Assembly: GCF_001194135.2 (NCBI RefSeq)
Contig: NC_068984.1
Span: 24,578,439-24,642,438 of the forward strand
Reading direction: 5' to 3'
Source of the DNA: Octopus bimaculoides
Taxonomy: Eukaryota
Length of the DNA: 64,000 nucleotides
Under the pieces are notes generated by a model. That model did not search any database. It worked only from the letters and a program-made list of their open reading frames with translations, and was not told where the DNA came from. Below, in pieces: positions 62,411 to 64,000 of this stretch. How positions within the stretch are numbered: position 1 is the first letter of the stretch; each line of letters starts with the position of its first letter. A program made the position numbers and the translations under genes.

Positions 62411-64000
62411 GTAAGCATTTTATCACAGAATACTGCATAATACTGCTCAGATTTTGAAGTCAATTCCTTCCGTTTCAATGTATTGTATCTGTGTTACTTT
62501 TCAGGCAACAATCTATCTCACTGAAAACCTTATTGTTCTTTTTTTTTTTTGTACATATAAAAAGATAGAACTATCAATACTAACAAAAGTTGTAATTCCT
62601 TAACTATCTGTACACTTCAAACCCTAACAACTATGATGTTCTTAGATCCATCTTCTTCACAAAGTAACAAACTTTTTGTTTTTCTGATCCACCATCTCAC
62701 CTAACCACTGTCTTAATCATTATGGTATTGCATTCCAGAGAATCTACTGTTAGTTTGCTAGAATTGGCTTCTTGCACTATCAGAATATTGAATTCCTGCC
62801 TATTCCTTGCTTGTCATGCTAACCATATATTCAGTCCATACCTGCATATAAGGATAGCAGGAATGTGTTCAAGAATCTTGAAGCTGTGTGATGTGAATTT
62901 GCAATAATAACTTCAAGGAACAAGTCAGCCACCTGATTACCCACCAGTTTGTTAAATAGACAAGCCAGTCTTTCTAGTTTATGGTTTATTCCAGCCATAA
63001 AACACATTTTCCAGCAATGTTAATTTTTGAATTGATAGAACTATTCAATCAGTGGTCAAATTGACTGATGGAAAAATAATCAAAACCCTAATAATTGATA
63101 TGAGACATTAGAAAATTGATCATAATTGGAACTTTTATGTTAGACTCAGAGCCATCATGAGTAGCTATTTACAATATTTGCATTTGCTGTATTCTTTTGT
63201 ATGTGTGAAATCTTACTTGTGAATGTTGGAGATATAAATAATCTCTCTTGAAATAAGTGATCTCAGCATATGCACCACAATCAAGATTGGCTGATGAATA
63301 AAATGCCCATGGCTGATCAATAAAATGCCCATCTCTGTGAGGCTTTCTTGTAATATATCTGGATGACTATTGACAACTAACTTATTAGCATAACTAGGAT
63401 CTTTAATGGATATGTTGGGTAACACCTCAAATGCTTTTCCAAAGGACATGGAGGCTATGGTTTTAGTACATAGAATGAAAAAGGCTCAAGGCGTTTGGAG
63501 TTCTGTGATATAAACAAAGTAACCATTTGCAATAATAACTTCAGGAAATAGACCAAATAATTGACTAGTTTCATTAGGAAACAAAAAAGTCAGATTGTTA
63601 TGTAGTAAGTACTTCTCAGCTTAGACTTGTGATTAGTGATATCAGAGTAAGTGCCTAATGGATCTAGAGACACAAGACAAGATAAAGAAGGAAGATATGA
63701 AAGCTGAAAAATTCTCTGGCCAGATGTAAATTTAAAGAAATATTAGGTGATGTATGTGTTGGAAAGTAGAAAGCAACAGTGGCCTATAATTCAGAAGACA
63801 ACCGAGAATTTTTGTGAGACAATCTGCTGCAAACCACAGACCTGAACTGTAGATGGAACAGAATTTCAACCAGACAGAAGGTGACGTGGCAGTAAAATGA
63901 TTCAGTAGATAGAACTATAAAAGCTGAGAGACAACCTGGAAAGAATGGAAGAAAGGGAAGGGGGCAAGGAATAATAACTGGTAACTAGAAGAGAGACTTG

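Noticed and set aside
60950-62710. Two similar ~140-bp segments (60950-61095 and 62565-62710) as a duplicated exon or snoRNA
   Set aside because: No splice sites or C/D or H/ACA boxes; most likely an old dispersed repeat.
62720-63450. CR1-like LINE remnants
   Set aside because: Weak motifs on conflicting strands; not supportable without a search.
63840-63900. PDIA5 exon 11 candidate (..TEGDV..)
   Set aside because: In-frame stops, no phase-2 acceptor, and lacks the expected PP..W..V.HL motif.

Overview
AT-rich, repeat-dense eukaryotic DNA with N-gaps. The SINE/RTE/microsatellite repertoire suggests an octopus-type cephalopod genome (inference). One host gene is present and is invisible to the ORF track: a protein disulfide isomerase A5 (PDIA5/PDIR) ortholog on the + strand. 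I assembled ten coding exons (23474-62410; 767 nt, open frame, all GT-AG, phases consistent), giving a signal peptide, an N-terminal non-catalytic domain and a first thioredoxin domain with WCGFC. The gene continues past the window end. Its promoter carries UPRE/XBP1-like and NRF1-like motifs. Everything else is transposon-derived: several tRNA-type SINE families, RTE LINE fragments (one with a clean 5' inversion), a decayed Gypsy LTR element with nested insertions, a Helitron 3' end, a full-length dead mariner, several MITE families, and Penelope-like ends carrying minimal hammerhead ribozyme motifs. The most notable observations are the inverted pair of hammerhead motifs, a GGATCT-ended MITE family with 8-bp TSDs and telomere-like cores, the inverted RTE, a candidate poison exon in PDIA5, and a six-copy head-to-tail SINE chain. 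All alignments and translations were done by eye, and repeat boundaries are approximate unless a TSD is quoted.
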